Assembly: GCF_037042905.1 (NCBI RefSeq)
Contig: NC_087249.1
Location: forward strand, 10,542,001 to 10,606,000
DNA: 64,000 nucleotides
From: Lytechinus pictus
Taxonomy: Eukaryota
Reading direction: 5' to 3'
Position numbers and translations under genes: made by a program. This document shows, one piece after another, positions 13,575 to 27,599 of this stretch. The notes below the pieces were generated by a model. It searched no databases, was not told the DNA's origin, and worked only from the letters and a program-made list of their open reading frames with translations. Each line of letters starts with the position of its first letter. Positions within the stretch are counted from its first letter, which is position 1.

Positions 13575-15222
13575 GTGAGTTTAGGCCGAATATAGAACTG
13601 ACTATGATTGTTCTTCACATTGACTGAATTACCAAAGATGAAGAAAGAATATATCTTCTTAAAATCCTTATCAGGAAAATCTGGCGATTTACTTGCTATT
13701 ACTGGGAGAGTTGGGTCACGTGACCTTGTGATGGTTTAATGAGTTACGCCTTATGCGCCATATTTCTATATTTGAACGTAAATATTGGAAAACAACACCC
13801 CCGTAGCTTTGGTGTCATAGCACATTCTGTTGATTTAATTGATTACCAAAAGATGATGTCAGTACTGATAATTGGAGACGTATATAAAACTTTTATGATA
13901 TATCGTTGTAACATTATTTATAATTTTTAATTTCTAGAAGTAATTGTGCGTGTAATGTACCTTCGCTCGATTGACATAAAATCCAACGTGGAATCGTAAA
14001 AATAAGTCGTAATTATGGCTTCGTAGCAACCGAAATATTATTAAACAACCTTGAACTTCACTTACTAACAAATATCTTGATCCGAAGTAGATCACGTGAT
14101 ATGGGAGGTTCCCCAATCTGAAATAGAACTAGAACAAAAATGTAGTCAAATTGCGATTTTGAAACATATCAAGTATCTGCATTTGACAGTTAACACCGAT
14201 AAACACGGTATTAGATACCCCGCTTGGATGCAGGAATCCTTAATTTTCTGGTCAATTTGGACTCTAAAGGATGAAACCTAATAATAGCCAATACAAACAG
14301 AATCTGGGTAGTACTTCCAAAGATGCGTCATCTCGCTATCTCCCAAATTGTATTCATATTCAGATTCATTGCGGGATGTCTTCGTTACCGTATTTTCTTT
14401 AGCACGAAACGGGGGAAACGGGACGACGCGTTTAGATTTCAGCCATTCGTTCGTCAAAATAGGGCTTAAATTGAAAGGGAATTGCAATTTTTTTACATTA
14501 TTATTTCGATGCAATAGTTTATGATTCAATGTCACCAACTTCACGATCCGAAATCCTTCTCCTCTCTGTCCTAACCCCTTCTGCTTTCATTATTCATGTA
14601 AATATGTGTTATGGGTGGAGGCAAATGTTGAGGATTTTTATTTTTTCTACGTTTGAGCCCCTATCTCTCTTTGTCTCCTTCTATCTTCCCCTAAATGTAT
14701 TTTAAGGGTACAATTATATATGACCCTGTTACCTGTTCTTAAAATTTTCGAAGGCAGATCAACCATTTAACATGTCAAACTATAGATCTTTTAAAAGATG
14801 AACTACGAAGAAAATGAATATAAAAATAAATAACTAAATGAATTCATAAATGAATATGTAGAGCACATATATAGTTCATATTTGTTAAGTTTACAAATTG
14901 ATACGAAAATGAAATTATGGTAATCAATAAAAACATTAAATTTCTCAATTACGATAGGCTTTTGTCCAGTATTCCGCTTCTGTCAATATCATGAGCCGTA
15001 ATCATATTAATAGCTCTTACTCTGAATTTTATTTTGAGTGAAGCCTTGATTTATGGTAGTGCTACTATATGTCCAATCTTTATACGGTATATCTAGTTTG
15101 TTCTAAGCCTTCTTCGTTGTCTATTCACGCTCCAGCGCTAGGCCGATCGATGTGCTGAAAGTATCAACTGTCAAAAATGATGTCAATTATTTTGACTATC
15201 GATATTCAAGCAACATAATCAG

Positions 15223-15468
15223 TGCCCCGTCTTACAAACTCTGTGGAAATCCATCAGGTTCATAATTTTTCTTGCAGGAAATTTGCAAAATGTCCTTTGT
15301 AAACAAAGGCGAACACATCAAATTGCCAAGAAAACAATGAATTTATGAAAATACATCATATAATCTAAAAAAATATCTTGAACAAACATACATTTTAGAT
15401 GTTGATGTTGCTGGCCGTCCATAATTGTGGTTGATCGGATCTATTGCAACTCTTTGTAAGACAGGGCC
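15223..15468. mobile_element. PIF/Harbinger-like MITE with CAG target duplication
   Basis: cag|tgccccgtcttacaaa ... tttgtaagacagggcc|cag: 16-bp imperfect TIR and identical 3-bp CWG flanks. Confidence 0.75.
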
Positions 15469-18400
15469 CAGGACATCAGTAAGTAAAAAAACGGTGTTCT
15501 GAGCAGGGAATGGTGTATCCCGTGCGGGTCGATGTTGAATTTTTCACAGTACCCATCGTTCGATGACGGCCTTTAAAATCATCATTGAGCACATCCCTAG
15601 CCTACTCGTCCACGCTGTGTTCAGTGGATAGAAATAGGAGAGAGATGTTATTACAAAATCGAGTTTGGCGCCCTGTGGGTATGCATGCTTCACTCGAATG
15701 AATCGAGAGATTCGTCGAGTAGTGACGTTTTCCAAGTCCTCCTGAGTCAGTGACAACAACCAAATTAGGGTTCTCTTTAAAGTTAAAGATTGCGTCCATT
15801 CCTGGTTAAATGATTCATCCGTAGAACAAATCGCAACCATTGAGAAAATAGATGTTTTCAGTAATGTAGATGTCATGTTAGATGTTCAAACATGGTTGTC
15901 CACGGTCATTATGACTTGACTCAGCAATAATGGAATTACATTACTATTATTCAGCTCACATAGAATTAGGTTTATGGGATAACGCATAATTATGACCCGA
16001 ATGTTGATTGAAATTCCTAAAACGAACATGACGAATGCTCAGTATAATTTTGAATAATTAGAATATTCAAAACATTCCTATCAAATTATTCCACAACGAT
16101 CTTCTTTTCTTTAATTGAAGAAAGATTAAAGTTCCCTTTACATCTTTCACTAGCTCTTTAAACTTACCTTCTGCCGTTTCCCCCATCCCCGTCTTCATGC
16201 CCTCTCCCGAGTTTAGTCATCCCCTCAGCACAGGGCCTCGTGTTCACCTTCCCCCTCGCTCGTGCCGACATCATGCACGAGCTCCTTGACGATTTTGGCT
16301 TGGGGCAGGACTGTGGTCGACAGCATGTGGAGTAGGGTATATCCTAGGTCGTCATCGTAGGTCGTGGACTCGCGAGTGAACAAAGGAATAATTTGTTTTA
16401 CAGAATAGAATCCTTGTGTTCATTGTGCTAGAGTTGTCTTAATAACTTGATTTGAAACAATTTAACCCACAACAATTTGACTTTATAAATGCCGATGATG
16501 AAGATGGAGAAAGAGGAGATATAGGAATTAACAAATTCTTGTCTGAAAAAGAATAATAAGTCATAACAGTAGTATTGAGCTAAAAGTAATACAAGGCGTG
16601 CATTTAACATGTCCACGATCATGACGATGTTTAGTACAATCGTAATACTATGTTAGACGTCATGTGGACTGCCCGATTGCGAAACTTATACGGGAATAGC
16701 CACCATCATTTGATCCGATTTAATTTTGTTTGATTCATTTATTGAATTAAAGTTAAATATTAGACTTTCAACCTTTTACATCACCACCAAATAATAATTC
16801 GATTTGACATCGAACAATAATTCTCATTCTTTTAAATAATTGGATCTTCTACAAAAGCCCCGAAATACAATGCTAATACATATTGAAGTTATCATAGATT
16901 CATGCGGCCGTTTCGATGCTTTTTCACGTAAACCTTTGCTTCCATTCGTCACATGACTTACTCACGGCGAACAGCCTTCTCATATCCTCCCATTCCGCCT
17001 CTCAATATTTTTCCCGTTCTCCCATTCCCACTCTATTTGAAAAATCATTTTACTCCTTGATTGACATGAGAGTGGGTCGTCTGAAAAGTAAGACACGACA
17101 CCCAGACAACACAACAAATCGAGACATAATAATCGGTGGTTTCATTCAAGCGACATTTCATAGTCCTGCTGCCACCTGGGGGCCCTTACACACAGTCCTT
17201 GCGGCCGGCATTTTCGGCGTAGTGTTACCTCGTCGAGCCGCTGTGTTCATGAACGTGCGGGCGACAGTATCCTGCTGCACACAACTTGCACAGATTGATT
17301 TCACCGAGCGCGAGTTGAACGGCTGTCGTTCATTGTTACCATTCAAACGGCTTCAAAGGGGGAAAATAGACTGAATTTGCAAGCAGGGAAAAAAGTCCAG
17401 CTTAAACGAACAGACTGCTTCTCTGCTTCTCAATCAAAATACACCAGCTCATAAGTGAAATCATTCCCACTGCGCCTAATATCTTTCCAATATTATATCG
17501 TACACCTCGAAGATACATGCCTTCCGGGTATGAGCCCGTCTTCACCATCCCAGCCTTCATTGATTTATCTTTCTTTTGCTTTTGCATCCTCGCGAATACC
17601 ATATCACATTCCTCCCGAGGAAATTCGAGGATGATTATGGAATCGGTGATTTTTGTCCAAATGAATGAACGCATTTATCCTATATTTCTCTCAGTATCAA
17701 TGGCGGGAATGGTATATAAAATTACGACTCCTTACATAGACATGACTTGCTCTTACATTTCCTTCGAAAATGTTCATATATCTTGAGTGAATTTGTCATA
17801 CTTTCGAAGAGTCAATGTCCTTGCGCTGTGGAATCCCCCTATTCCCATGTATATAAAAGTACCAAACTATTTGTCATAATGTTTTTATCATGCATTGCAA
17901 ACCATAACCATCGGAACATCTGAGATCACAACCAAAATTCAGAGGTAATCATTAAAATGCTGCTCAATGCTGATTCGGCAACGCAACAATCAATCGACAT
18001 TGTGCATGCAGGCAAGGCTAATAAAACATGTACTGTATCTTGAAGGTCATGTGAACTTATAAACGAGTACATTTGCATTAACAGAAAAAGAAATCTACGA
18101 TAATGGCGATGGACTCGACAGGTATCGATTATATGATATACTGGTGAAGAAAACAGAGAGAATAGTGTAAACTGTATCTCTTTATCTCAAAATTGTTAGG
18201 GATTTCCCCCTCAATTGTCACATTCGTATGAGTATATAAAATTCCCCCTCAACTTATGTAGATAGACGCTCAATTACGGCTGAAGTATCCACCAATCTTG
18301 CAACCAGAATTGATGAAAGGAATGAAAAGGACAGTTTTCACGCGGTAATTCTCACATCCATTTGTAAATGTCAGTTCGGATCTTTACGTTATGTCAGTTT

Positions 18401-19039
18401 CAAGTGACGCGAGAAAAGGCAGAATCAGCTTGTGACTCGTGGAATCGTGAAAACGCAGCATTAAGTGTGGAGCTATTGGTTTGATATTGGGGACTATATG
18501 ACTTGCAAAAATACATGCACCGATACTGGTAAATTAAACAATTTGGTATTTCAAAGAATCGAAATCGACATTGCGGTTCTCGGTATCTACAGTCATCTGG
18601 CATTCGTTTTTTTTTTTACTAGTACATTCGGTCAAAAGATGCCATTAAATGATAAATAATGTAAAATTACTGAATATATTCAAACTTTATTTTTGTATGC
18701 CTATCTGATTAGATATTACAAAAGCAAGAAAAATAATAAATTTGGCTCCTTGCCATTTCAAAAGTTTGTTGTTTCGGGCATGTCCTCTCATTCAAATTTC
18801 ATTAAGTGTGTAATAGAAAAAAAAAAAAAAACTATATATTATTTATATACAATATGAAGTAATATAATATTCTTATTATATATTTTGGCTGTTTTTTCTG
18901 CAACAGTAAGAGAGTACACTGTGTCTACATCTACATGAGATGATAAAACGCTTAACTTTTTTATTGTTGGCGCCGCATACAATCTGACGACGACCACTTG
19001 GTTATTTCCCCTTTCACACTCATCCACATGCATACCCCA

Positions 19040-19600
19040 TTAGGGCACAAATACCCTCTTACACACACACACACACACAGCATACACACCCTCCCCCACT
19101 CACACACATACATCCACTACGAAATCCCAAAGAAATACACATTTACACACACGACTGCACGTCACATCCCTCTTTAGTACTTTTATCTCACCCACCCTTT
19201 ATTCCCTCTCTCTCTCTTGCTCTCTTCGTCTCTCTCTCTTCGTCTTTCTCTCTCCGTCTTTCCCTCTCCTCTCTGTGTATAAGCACACGCCATCTTCTAG
19301 TCGCCTTCTTTCTCTCTTTTTCTTGAATTCTCTTTATATCATGCTCGATTATTGTTGCTTTGCTTATTTTCAAGTACTTTTAATTTCCTAATTAAGCCTA
19401 CTCTCATAAGCATTGTACTAAACTCTCACTCCATTTAACCTTTCCTCTGTGACTGTCTTTCTCTGCTCAAATTAAGTCTTAGAATGGTAAACTCTCTCTT
19501 TCCATTCTCGGTATTTTTCATTTGCCTTCTTCCCCCCCCCCCTCACTCTCCCTCCCTCCCTCTCTCTCCCTCCCTCCCTCTCTCTGTGACTATGCACTTC
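19040..19600. repeat. (CA)n and long polypyrimidine (CT-rich) low-complexity region
   Basis: (AC)n at about 19061-19078 and CT/CCT-rich tracts at about 19190-19330 and 19525-19586. Confidence 0.8.
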
Positions 19601-20985
19601 ATCTTCCGCATGTGAACATTGTTAGCCTATCCCTTCTATGTCTTATTTTCTCGCTTTCATTTTCCCTTTATCAGCGTCTCCATATGCCCCTCTCATGCTT
19701 TCGTTCACAGTATCTATATCCCTTCCATTCTGTCTCCTTCCCGATTCCACCATCGTCACCACCATCGCCACACCACAGCTCTCCATCCACCTATAAAGCT
19801 CATCGCGATTAGCTCCCATCTCATGCTTCACATCTGCCTGTAAACGATGGGGCGGTTTTTCCTCGCTACCTTAATGCATATACAACAAACCAAATTAAAT
19901 CTAACGTAAACAGCGAAAAGTGAGCTTTTCATCCGACGTCCCATTGGGCGCATTATGGTTTACGTGAGCACAGCTCAATCATAAATTTTCCCGCCATTTC
20001 CACATCTCATGCATGTATCTTCCCCAACCGATGAAGCCATTGAAACATTTTATTTATCTTGCATCTCTGTCTCTTTCACTCCATCATCTACGACCATCTC
20101 GCTCTATTCATATATCTTTTTACCCCTTCCCCTTATCTATCTCTCCCTTCTTTCCAAAATATTTCCCTTGTATTTTCTATGAACAACCGATTTCCTGTAG
20201 TATTCTTGAGTTTTAGTTGATGTTGTGCTTTGTAACCATATAACATGCTCCTTTATTTATACCAATATCCTCCATACTAGTTGACTTTCACCATACACTC
20301 ATATAATGGACCCGTCTTGTCATAATGTTTGCACGACATCTCCCTTCTCTGTACGCCGACTCACGGAAAGTATGAAATATTTATTTGAATATTGAATGTT
20401 CTGCGCCGACAAGCTCTTTCGTATCTAGTCACACATCTCTTATCACCACGTTCCATCTCTCAATAATCATTGTTATTGTCAGTGTTTCCTCTTCTTCCTC
20501 TTCATTTCCACCTCTCTCTCTCTGTCCCTTTCTATCCATCGTTCTTTCTCCTCTTGCCCTAGCCCTTCCCATAAAAGCGAGATGAGCACGCATGCAGGTA
20601 GGCGTGAAATCATTTTTCAGCTTGAAATTTTCCAATTAATTCTACCAGCGCGATCCGTGAAATCTAGTGCTTATGGGGTCATTAAAGATTCATGCACTCA
20701 TCCCAGGCCCGGGCATCTTCTTTCCACTCTCGACTCAATGGCACGGAGGCGAGACGCGCTTCGATGTCAAAGCTACCGGCGATATATAACAAGCGTCACA
20801 TGTGAAATTTGTCTAATCGTGTTTTGTTTGCCGTGTTTGCGTAGATATAAGAACTAGAGAAAACATTGTGTCTTGTTGCTTTACCCACGGTGAGCGAAAG
20901 ACAAGAGGAAAAACATACCCAAAACTAACAGACAAAGATACGTTGCACTGGGTCATCAGGACAAATATTGAATCTCCATTAACTA

Positions 20986-21277
20986 TATATTCCCTAGAAG
21001 ATAGATGAAGAATAATTTTTGTTGATTCCGACAAGAATACTATAAAAACAATGTAAATATATATCCTTGGATGAAGGATTGATTTAAAATTTTAAAGTTT
21101 AACAGAGTGCATTTTGCCTTGTTTATAAGATTTCGATATTGATTCCCCCAACATGGTCTAAGAATATCTATATTCCCTGGAAAATAGATGAAGATTTTTG
21201 TTGTTGATTCCGACAAGAATACTATACCAGTATATATAAAGGATTGATTTAAAGAGTGACAGAATGCATTTTGCTTG
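20986..21277. repeat. Diverged local tandem duplication, two units, period about 183 bp
   Basis: tatattccct.gaa.atagatgaaga...tgttgattccgacaagaatactata...aaggattgatttaaa...acaga.tgcattttgc occurs starting at 20986 and again at 21169. Confidence 0.85.
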
Positions 21278-22009
21278 CAAACGAGAGTAGGTGATTATCA
21301 TTATTAACATGTCTTTACTATCATAAGCTGAGTTTAGTTTCAATCACGAGTATAATGTGTTAACCCACAAACTTTGCGTTGTCGCCATGCTATTTAGCAC
21401 CACTCTTGTGCTTTGGTCGATATGTTTTGTTGCTAGGTTTGCATGGATATGATTATGATCTCCCAATCCGCCTCGATTTTCTCCCCATGTCCAAATGTCT
21501 CGAGTGTATACACTACTTGTTTACGGGGCGTGTATGAATTATGATATAGCGTGACCGATGATGCAGAACGTCGTCGCTTTGCGAAGATGAGACTGGTGAT
21601 AATAAGTAGCTTCAATTCGCGCTCTACTTGCCAACCGCGAAAGAGCCGGGGTTCATGCTACGGAACACGTAACCGTTTGGGGAATACGGGGAATACTCTC
21701 ATTTGTTTCGTGTGAAAGTACTTTAGGCAGCCTGTTGTAAAATTGATGGCTTTATTGCAAAAACCTGTTGCTTATCCCAGCGCCCTAATCAAACCCACTG
21801 TTATTCGAAGTCTGTAAGATATGTCAATATCTTGGCGAACAACTGGTAGGAATGGATGAGGAATGGTAATGTAAAGATGAAATGCTCATTTTTTTCATTT
21901 TTATTGAATAGGCCCAATGGAACAATTTGATTCTTTCGATATTGTTTCCTAAAATAAAAATTAGTGTAGGCCAGTATTTTTTTTGTTATTCAATGTGAAT
22001 AGGGAACGC

Positions 22010-22324
22010 TTGCTAGACAATCCTCAGACACTCCGCAGAAAGAACTGGTGCTACAAGAACGAGATCCTCACATGTCCTTCTTTCCAGGAACTGTCAGGGC
22101 ATGGAATGCTCTTCCATCCAGCTCCATCAATGCCTGAAATCCAACAGCCTTCCGTCAAAGCTTGACGGAAGGCAGAAGCTAAACCGCCAATACTTTTCAC
22201 TTGCACCTTGTAAATGTGCACACTGTACCTGAACCCAGCTACTCACACACGTTGCACCAATCATATCTGCAAGAATCTTCCAACTTGAAGGAGGCAGATC
22301 AACCCAGAAGAAGAAGAAGAAGAA
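22010..22324 (+). mobile_element. 5'-truncated, decayed CR1-group LINE (ORF2 C-terminus, 3' UTR, (GAA)n tail)
   Basis: 22072-22182 translates as MSFFPGTVRAWNALPSSSINA*NPTAFRQSLTEGRS*, matching the SFFPRT..WN.LP......S...FK..L motif at the end of CR1/L2-clade ORF2, with an internal stop at 22135. A short UTR and a (GAA)n tail follow. The left boundary is approximate. Confidence 0.8.
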
Positions 22325-24137
22325 AACTAGAACTGCAATCGTTTCATTACGATGTGCATGCATTGACGTGTCTGATTTAGAGGTCAAGTCCACCTCATAA
22401 AAATGTTGATTTGAATCAATAGGGAAAAATCAGACAAGCACAATGCTGAAAATTTCATCAAAATCGGATGTAAAAAAAGAAAGTAATGACATTTCAAAGT
22501 TTCGCTTATTTTTAACAAAATAGTTATATGAACGAGCCAGTTACATCCAAATGAGAGAGATGATGATGTCACTCACTCAAAATGGCGCATGCACTGTCAT
22601 GCATGGATGATTTTAGAAAATGAAATAAGAGGTACACAATAATGCATCATGGACAACATGTCTACCAAATCGGAATGAATTTGGATGAGGAGCGGAGGCA
22701 GGGGAGGACTAACAAAAATTACATGTTAATCAAAGTGGATTTTGGTACATTGTGCCCTCTATAGGAAGTTACATTCTCGAGTCAAACAGATTTCGTCCAT
22801 TTTTAGACCAAATGGCCGCTCAACAAAGAGAGAGAAGGGAGAGAAAGACACAGAGAGAGTGATATGAATAAGCATACACATTTCCCTGACAGTTCATTAA
22901 CGTAACTCAGTGTAAAGTATACGTATCAGAACGATGTGCATGCATAATACGTTATGCCATAGACATTGTATACAATTCTGTTATTGATAATGTGTGCATT
23001 CTGAGTAGTATACCATTTGTTCAGATTGGCTTATCTTGAAATTTTCTGTTGTAACCTATGTCATATTTGGTATCACTGGAAAGAGCATTCCAATGCAGTG
23101 ACATTGATACCACTTTTTTTTGTGCGCAGGCAATAGACCGGAAGTAAATGCCATATAAAGAAAGACATTAAAAATGAAGGTTTTGCACAATAATTTCAAG
23201 CTGACGTCAGATTTTTGTCGGTTTCTGTTACAAAAGGTTGGCGAACGGTTGAAGTATATATCAATACTCATATCTGCCAAGTTAGAAAGGATAAACTTCA
23301 ATAATAAGGAAATAAGAGCATGTTGAAGTTGTGCTGGCATTATAGTGCATTTTTGCGTATTTTGCTGATTTTCGGGAGCATTTTTCAGATATTTCGTCAG
23401 TGGTAAGGTATATATTTTTCTAAATGGCATGAAAGGGCATATCTTGAACACCCTAAATCTAAAAAAGGGTACGGGTTTGGCCATGCATGACGCAACGAGG
23501 AGCATTCAAAGGTAAGCGTTTTTGAAACTTTAGAGGGCGCTATTTCAATACCGGAAGGTCAATGATGCGTGAAAAATGACTCGTATGTATGATATGTTGC
23601 CAGTATTCATTCCTAAATATATGAGCTCGAATTGCAAAAAAAACAGAAAGTTATGGCCATTTTACGATTTTTTGACTTTACATTTCAATAAATATGAAGT
23701 TTTTTAAGGAAGGCTATTTCGGATTTGAATTTAGGGCATGAAGCAGGCATTTTTAAGGTCAGGTTATACGTCGCAAATGATGAAGCAACTCTTTGACTAT
23801 CTATAGCCATTTGTTAGAAGTCTGTAGCATGCAGGATGCGGGAGTTAGGACGAGATTAGTAATGGTATGCAAATGGACTTGAAATTTACAAAATGGCGCC
23901 TTGATGGTCATGCATGAGTGATTTTGGAAAATGGAAGACGAGGTGCACAACTAAGGATGCTGGACAACATGTCTACAAAGTTTGGATGAATTTGGATGAG
24001 GGACGGAGCCAGGGTAGAGCTAACAAAAACCATGTGTTAAACAAATGGGATTTGGTGGAAGAAGAAGAAGAAGAAGACGACGGAATAGGAATACGGAACA
24101 AGAACAATGCATTGTCGCCATTGGGCGTCAATGCAAA
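22325..24137 (-). mobile_element. Non-autonomous Helentron/DINE-like element (HINE), about 1.8 kb
   Basis: Perfect 10-bp subterminal inverted repeats tgcattgacg (22359-22368) and cgtcaatgca (24126-24135); hairpin tgcattgtcgcc-attg-ggcgtcaatgca (24108-24135); adjacent (GAA)n microsatellite; stem-loop at 22334-22358 next to the AACTAG terminus; internal diverged ~160-bp repeat at 22579-22741 and 23890-24053. Confidence 0.7.
22377..22578 (+). mobile_element. Truncated Kolobok-like MITE end nested within the Helentron-like element
   Basis: Begins tta(g)|AGgtcaagtccacc...gatttgaatcaatag..aaaatcagacaagcacaatgctgaa.atttcatcaaaatcggatg and stops abruptly at gtcactcactc. It resembles an abundant sea urchin TTAA-flanked repeat as I recall it (not searched). 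Confidence 0.5.
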
Positions 24138-24794
24138 GAAGAAGAATTTGATACTTGGTTGGGCATTTTCCGTAGAAAATACTACTTCTACCTCTCCTTC
24201 TAGAACAAAAAATACAGTTGCTTCTTCTGCTCTCTGCGATTCCCGTGATCTTTCTCTACTGTTCCTATTGCAACAAGAACTGCTGCTAGTACTTCTACTA
24301 TCATGAAAATTGCCTTAATGTTTTATTAGTTAAATAATGTATTAATTAATATATTTATTTATTCGTTTATTTCAGTAAAGTAAGAAAATCATCTTGGTTT
24401 TCTGAGCCCTTATCTTTAATGGAAAAGCTAGAAAAAAAATTGATGAATGGCTATAGAGAACTGCAACTGTGGCTGAGCTTTCTCTTCGCAACATGCAACA
24501 ATTTCTCGTCATCAGGTAGTTCTTCAATCGCTTTTCATTTCGACAAGCATCCACGATGCCGTCCATTCCCTTTCCTTTCCTGTCCATGCCAACCAGATTT
24601 CTATAGCATATCAAGACTTTTCAGGATTGTCGTTGAACGTCAGATTTTTCTGTGGATTTGGAACACAGACTGTGACCTCCGTTTTGTGTCGAACTGAAAA
24701 GAATGAATCGGTGGCCATAGGAAATAGTCATCATGGTCACGGCGGAGTAGGTGGATGAAGAGTTACACGAAAATCATTTTTTACAATTATAGTA

Positions 24795-24945
24795 AGGTAG
24801 AGAGGATGGAGAATGAGGATATAAAGATATAGGAGGGGAGAGTGAGGATATATAGATAGAGGGGGGGGGGGTTAGGATATATAGATAGAGGAGGGGAGAG
24901 TGAGAGAAAGAGATAATGGAGCGTTAGGGAAAGGAGATTAAACTT
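24795..24945. repeat. Purine-rich low-complexity repeat
   Basis: Repeated ggatatatagatagagg and ggaggggagagtgag units around a poly-G run. Confidence 0.75.
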
Positions 24946-27599
24946 TATGGAGGGCATAGTTTTGTAGGTATTAAGAAGAAAATTATGCATTGAACAGCGC
25001 GGACTTCGGGTATTATAAGGAAATGTTATTACGAAGCAGTGAGATGAAATGGGATGAAATTCTTGATAAATGAAACATGATGATAGAGAAAGACAAAGTA
25101 ATGCAACAGTGAAAACATTCATTAAACCATACTTTTAAATCATTCAGCAGATATCATGAAGCAACTGTCAGATTTCTTTTTTTCTAAAAATATGCGTGGA
25201 AAAGTGATATTGAATACACGAAAACATAGAAGAAAAGATTTTTGTTTTTGCATGATTGGTTCTTTTGAAAACGCAAAAGGTTACTTATCCTACCCAAGAT
25301 TTCATTCAAGATTTATTGAAGAATTTCATCCTACTCGGAATTATTTATGACATGATTGGATGCTTGTCATGCTTATTGATTTTTAAAACGAAAAATATGA
25401 ACATGATTAGAGTATTTTTTATAAGCAATATGGTTTCATTGAGAGGTCACGTGATCACATCCAGGTCAGGTGACTATTTATTGGTAGGGTCGAAAGAACT
25501 CTCAACCAATAAACATACAATCATTGTGTAAATCAGTCCCAATCTATGCGATGCATAGATTTATGAAAAACCTGAATGGATTTCATGACTGGCCGATTAT
25601 CTCCACATGCGTTTTGTATTCCAAACTTTTCATGAATCCGAGATTGGTCGAGAAGTAGGGCACTTTTTATCTCTCTTCTGTATTTAGCATCGTTCATATC
25701 TTCTCTTCTTTTATTGCATTCCTTCCAACCCCCCTTTCCAATGTAAAAATCGCCATTGATGACGTATCGTTTGTGAGAGCGAACTGCAGGCCCTATTTGA
25801 AGTCCGTAATCATCGGATGTAATGTTGGTTCCATCGACGACAAAGTCGGATCCAATATTGAGTTGATTTAGTGGAGAAATTAGATTATGCCGAACAGAGT
25901 TGCCCAAATTAGTGTTGAGATATGCCGATGGTATAGACGCGGGTTGGTTTTTGAATAGTAGCTAGCAATCATGTGGGGGTTGAGTTCCCCTTTTTTCTGT
26001 CAAGTCAACCAAAGTGCGCAGGCTCCAGTCGAGGCTATCTTTCTATAAAAGAATGAAATGTAAAATGAAAATGTAAAATTGGTATTCAATTAGTTCATTC
26101 TTTCCTCCCACGATAGGGCATCGAGAAAAGAGGAACATTTTAGGTCGGGTTCATCGTCGATTTTAATGAGATGTACTCTTTTAAATTTATCCTAAGCTTA
26201 AAGTCATGTACAATGTATTTTGTCACAATACAAATTTCAATCAAATTTCTTTCAAAAGTTCAACATTGCACATTTCATCCTCCGTTGAATATTTAGGCTG
26301 ACTTTTGTTTATTAAGCCAAAGATTGTGTAATAGTCTGTTGAAATCTTTTTATCCACATCATTCTTCATCAATATCAGCTCAGCTATTGTATACAATAGA
26401 AGTTGATGTGGGGGAAACAACAGCAAACAGATGAATCTAGCATTGAAAGGTCGATAGCAAAATAAATGGTTACATTTTGTTATTTAATCGTAACACCTGA
26501 TCAGTCGGATGTATTCGGCAATTCACTTTCACCACAACAGATTGTAAGCTGTTAGGTAGGACATGCCAAACCCACTCAACGGGATCCTCAAACGAGTTCT
26601 TCATAGGTTGTTGACCTGTTACGCTGATTTTGAATAAGTTTGGTCACGTGGTCTGCCAGCATTGTACACACCCTTGTAAATGCATGATGTTCCTACAGGC
26701 GATAGCTCAGGCGCCATAGAATTGTTACGTCTTGGCTACGAAGGGCAGTAGCACGTTTCTTCAGAATGAAGGAAGAATGGCGGGAATGGGGGGGGGGGAA
26801 GTTCCAAAGCAACTAGATTATAACAGTCAATAAACATTTCATTACGATTTGATTGGCGACGAGAACAAAAGTGACAGGCCAAACTCATCATTGGGAAGTT
26901 ACTGTTATTACTGACATGCCAAATACCCGGTGAGAAAGTGATAAGAATCTACACCGGCTCGTCATGGTCAATAAATACCTGATGAATGTAAGAGATGTAA
27001 TACTGTTGGACATCATTGGCGGCCATCTTGGACTGCCATCTTGGATATTAAAATGGGGGCTTATTGAAGGAATTTGAATGGATGAAACCGCAGGGTAGTG
27101 GACCCAGAGGGAACACAGACCTGAAAAGTTGAAGATCTGATTGTAACAATACGCAACTATTTGCCTTAACTCAAGATTCTGGAAGATTGCTTAAAATCCC
27201 TTACAGCGCTTCAATTGCAGTGCTATCACAATGCTCACAGTCTGGTATCTTCCAGCATTTCTGCCAAGCTGATTTCATTTTTTTTCTCCTAGTCAACTGT
27301 TTACACAAATGAGGACATAATAATCTGTCAATAATACGTTACTGTTATAAATTTAATACTGGTACTTTCAGCATGAAAGAGGAACACTAACTGCTTACTG
27401 TTAACTGTATATACTAATGTTGCGACTTGAGGATTTTTGTCATAGGCCAAGGGTTGATATGTTACCTTTTGTACACCGATTGCCATAATCTTACATTTAC
27501 GTTTACAATGACAAATTAGTGTGCCTGTATGGTAGAGAACACTGTTAATATAATTTAATGTAACTTATATTTTGTCGTTTTCTTCTCCTACCTTTACAG

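Noticed and set aside
16916..17374. 152-aa intronic ORF
   Set aside because: No recognisable domain; more simply a GC-richer non-coding island with few stop codons.
23056..24306. ORFs of 149 aa and 130 aa as a possible transposase
   Set aside because: They lie in the non-autonomous element, show no Rep/helicase or DDE motifs, and the poly-E stretch derives from the (GAA)n repeat.
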